Assembly: GCA_030390025.1 (NCBI GenBank)
Contig: CM059425.1
Coordinates: forward strand, 175,524,001-175,588,000
Direction of reading: 5' to 3'
Origin: Squalus acanthias
Taxonomy: Eukaryota
Length of the DNA stretch: 64,000 nt
Below, in pieces: positions 61,550 to 64,000 of the stretch; position 1 is the first letter of the stretch, and each line of letters starts with the position of its first letter. The notes beneath the pieces are model-generated. The model was not told the DNA's origin. It did no database searches and worked only from the letters and a program-made list of their open reading frames with translations. Position numbers and translations under genes: made by a program.

Positions 61550-64000
61550 TTACTCTTTCACAGTTTTCAACTGATTGATGTGGTACCATTTAGCCACCTT
61601 GGCCCTCCCCTTTCTCCCAGGGAAATGCACCAGATAGACCGAAGGACTGGCCCTGTTAATAATCGGGAAGGGGCCATTCCACTTTGGTTGAAAGCAATGT
61701 TGCTTCTTCCCATAGTTTAGTACCATTACAACATCTCCCTCTTGATACTCAAATGGTCGGATCTTCTTGTCGAAGTATTTCTTTGCCTGGCTTTTTGATT
61801 TGCCTGTTTGTGTACCTGCAAACATATTAGTTTGTTCCATGTTCTCTACCACCATTTCAAGCCATTTTTGGTTGGCAATTCCCTGTACTAAGGGTGTGGC
61901 TGAAGGGGTTAACAGATGGGCTGGCATTCACATTAGTCGCCCGGTCATAGCCTGGTAGGGCGAGATACCTGTTGTGCTATGTGGAGTGGATCTAATAGCC
62001 ATTAGACACATTGGCAGCATACTGGACCATTTGGTGGGGTGATCTGCACAAAATTTGTTTAACATAGTTTTCAGAGTTCAGTTTCCTCCAGATGATTGTG
62101 GGTGGTGGGAGATGTGAAGTTTATGCGAGATACCCATTATCCGTGGTAGTTCGGTAAAATTTGGGCAGTAAAGTGTGACCCCTGATCACTATCAACTTGA
62201 ATTGGCACCCCCCACCTGCAAATCACCTCACCCAATAAAAGGCGGGCCGCTGTCAATGTGGTGTTTGTTTTACATGGAAAAGCCTCCATCCATTTAGTAA
62301 ATTTATCAACTATAACCAAACAATACTGCAAACCAGAAGGTCCTGTAGGCAAGGGCCCTATAAAATCAATTTGAAGGTGGGTCCACGGCCCATCGGGAGG
62401 AGGGGGACTACGCAACAGTGCCCGATTAGTGTGGGCACTTGGATTGTGCTGTAAACAGGGCAGGCAACGATTCACCCTATGAGAGACATCCATTACACAA
62501 TTGGGATACCATGCAAATTTGAGTAGCTTCTGAACTGTTACAGCAGCTGAATAGTGCCCTCCTACCGGGTGTGAGTGCAGAGATCAAAAATTTCGGTTGC
62601 CATGGATGGGGGAACACAGACAACTTTGAGATCAGATGATAGCCACTGCAAGCAGGGTTGTACATTAACAGGGGGGCAGCTTCCCCAGTCTGATCCGGAG
62701 CCAACTGGGAGTCCACAGCCCATGGAGTGGGCTGAGGTAACGGACATCCATTCTGATGCCATGCAATAACATCGCATTGGGGGAATAACTGGCCTGGAGG
62801 GAGGGGAGGTCGATGTCCCCACCTTGGATACTCGAGACTGATCTTAAGGGAGGGGTAGGGACTTGCCAGAGGTCACCGTTAACAGCGGTGTCCTTGGCAG
62901 CACGATCTGCCTGTGAGTTACCCTGGGTATGTACATCTGAAGAACGTGAATGGGACTTTACCTTACCAACATAGACAGGGGCTGATTGTGAATTTAAAGA
63001 ATTCCAAAGGGAAGCAAAGAGGTCTGTATGGAGCAGGGTCTTACCATCAACAGTACAAAACTTATTCTGAGCATACAGCGGTAAAGATAGCAAAGTGTTA
63101 ATCGCATAGACACTATCTGACCAGACATTAACAGGTATATCATGAGTAATTTGGATCGCTGTCACAAGGGCTGCAACTTCAGCATATTGGGCAGAGGGGG
63201 GAATGAATTTATACGTGAGTTTTTGGTCAGGCAGAACTACTGCAAATCCAGTAAGGGGCTTTCCATCCCTGTGATAGGATGATCCATCAATATAGACATC
63301 CTGGGCATCACTTAGCGGAGTAGGAGAGACGGGGTGATGGTCAAACTTCAGTGGTGGAAGGGGGCACTCATGGCTTCCCCCCTTATACAGTAGGAGCTGG
63401 GGTAGTAGAGTTGTCTGCTTTGACATTATTTCCAAATCTCTCTGAGTTAACAGAAGAGTCCAATGACTGAGTCGAGTGGAGGAGACCAAAGAGTCCCCTG
63501 TTTAAGTAAAAGATTCAAAGGAGTGTGGGGGCTGTGGATTATCATTTTGTGCAATCCGGTAATAAGCGTGAAGTGTTTGACTGCCCAAAAAATGGCCAGC
63601 AGATGTCTCTCACACACACTGTGATTCTTCTCCACGTTGGTCAAAATGCGAGAGGCATACGCAATTGGCATAAGTTTATCATGTACCTCTTGGCACAGAA
63701 CGGCAGCAAGACTCTGATCAGTGGATCCCACCTCCAGGTGGAAAGGCTTGTCTCGGTCAGGACTTGTCACGCATGTGGCTTGCATAACGGCAGTCTTAAA
63801 CAGGGACACAGCTGTGGTATATTCGGTTGTCCAGTCACGGGCCACAGAGTCCTCTTCACCCTTTAATAGTTCATATAAGGGTTTGGCCAGCTCCACAAAT
63901 CCGGGAATAAATGAGCGTCGACATACTGCAGCAAACAGTCAGATCTCGAGAAAGGTTTAAGTGCCTGAGCCATCCATTTGTGGTATATAGTCGGGGCGTT
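61550..64000 (-). mobile_element. Degraded LTR-retroelement or ERV pol: RT thumb, tether/degenerate RNase H, RNase H, integrase with GPF motif
   Basis: PIAYASRILT..E..HSVCERHLLA; YIDGSS..SAQYAE..SDS..GNSQADRAAK; LQIDFIGPLP..VDSDQGSHFT; PKWNGPF. Runs off the window end. Confidence 0.88.

Noticed and set aside
59790..61550. env gene downstream of the integrase
   Set aside because: No suitable - strand ORF. The region is explained by the MITE, CR1 and an ORF-less insert.

Overview
Vertebrate genomic DNA, most likely from a cartilaginous fish (inferred from the repeat families). The only host gene is the 3' part of YTHDC2 on the + strand. Six coding exons (3806-22754) splice in frame and include the whole YTH domain. 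A probable last exon at 31467 encodes only Ser-stop and is followed by a ~2.7 kb repeat-free 3'UTR ending near 34142. Most of the rest is transposable elements: several CR1 LINEs with an esterase ORF1, a single-ORF LINE family with a tRNA-like 5' head plus its internally deleted SINE, Deu-type, LF-SINE-like and AmnSINE2-like SINEs, an RTE LINE, a solo LTR, a PIF/Harbinger relic, a TA-flanked MITE, Penelope-like fragments carrying a minimal hammerhead ribozyme motif, and a retrovirus-like pol with two RNase H-like domains. The most notable points are the tRNA-headed LINE/SINE pair, a ~210 bp flank apparently copied from one LINE locus into another ~25 kb away, the hammerhead motif and the lokiretrovirus-like pol. 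Family names rest on motif recognition from memory, not on database searches.
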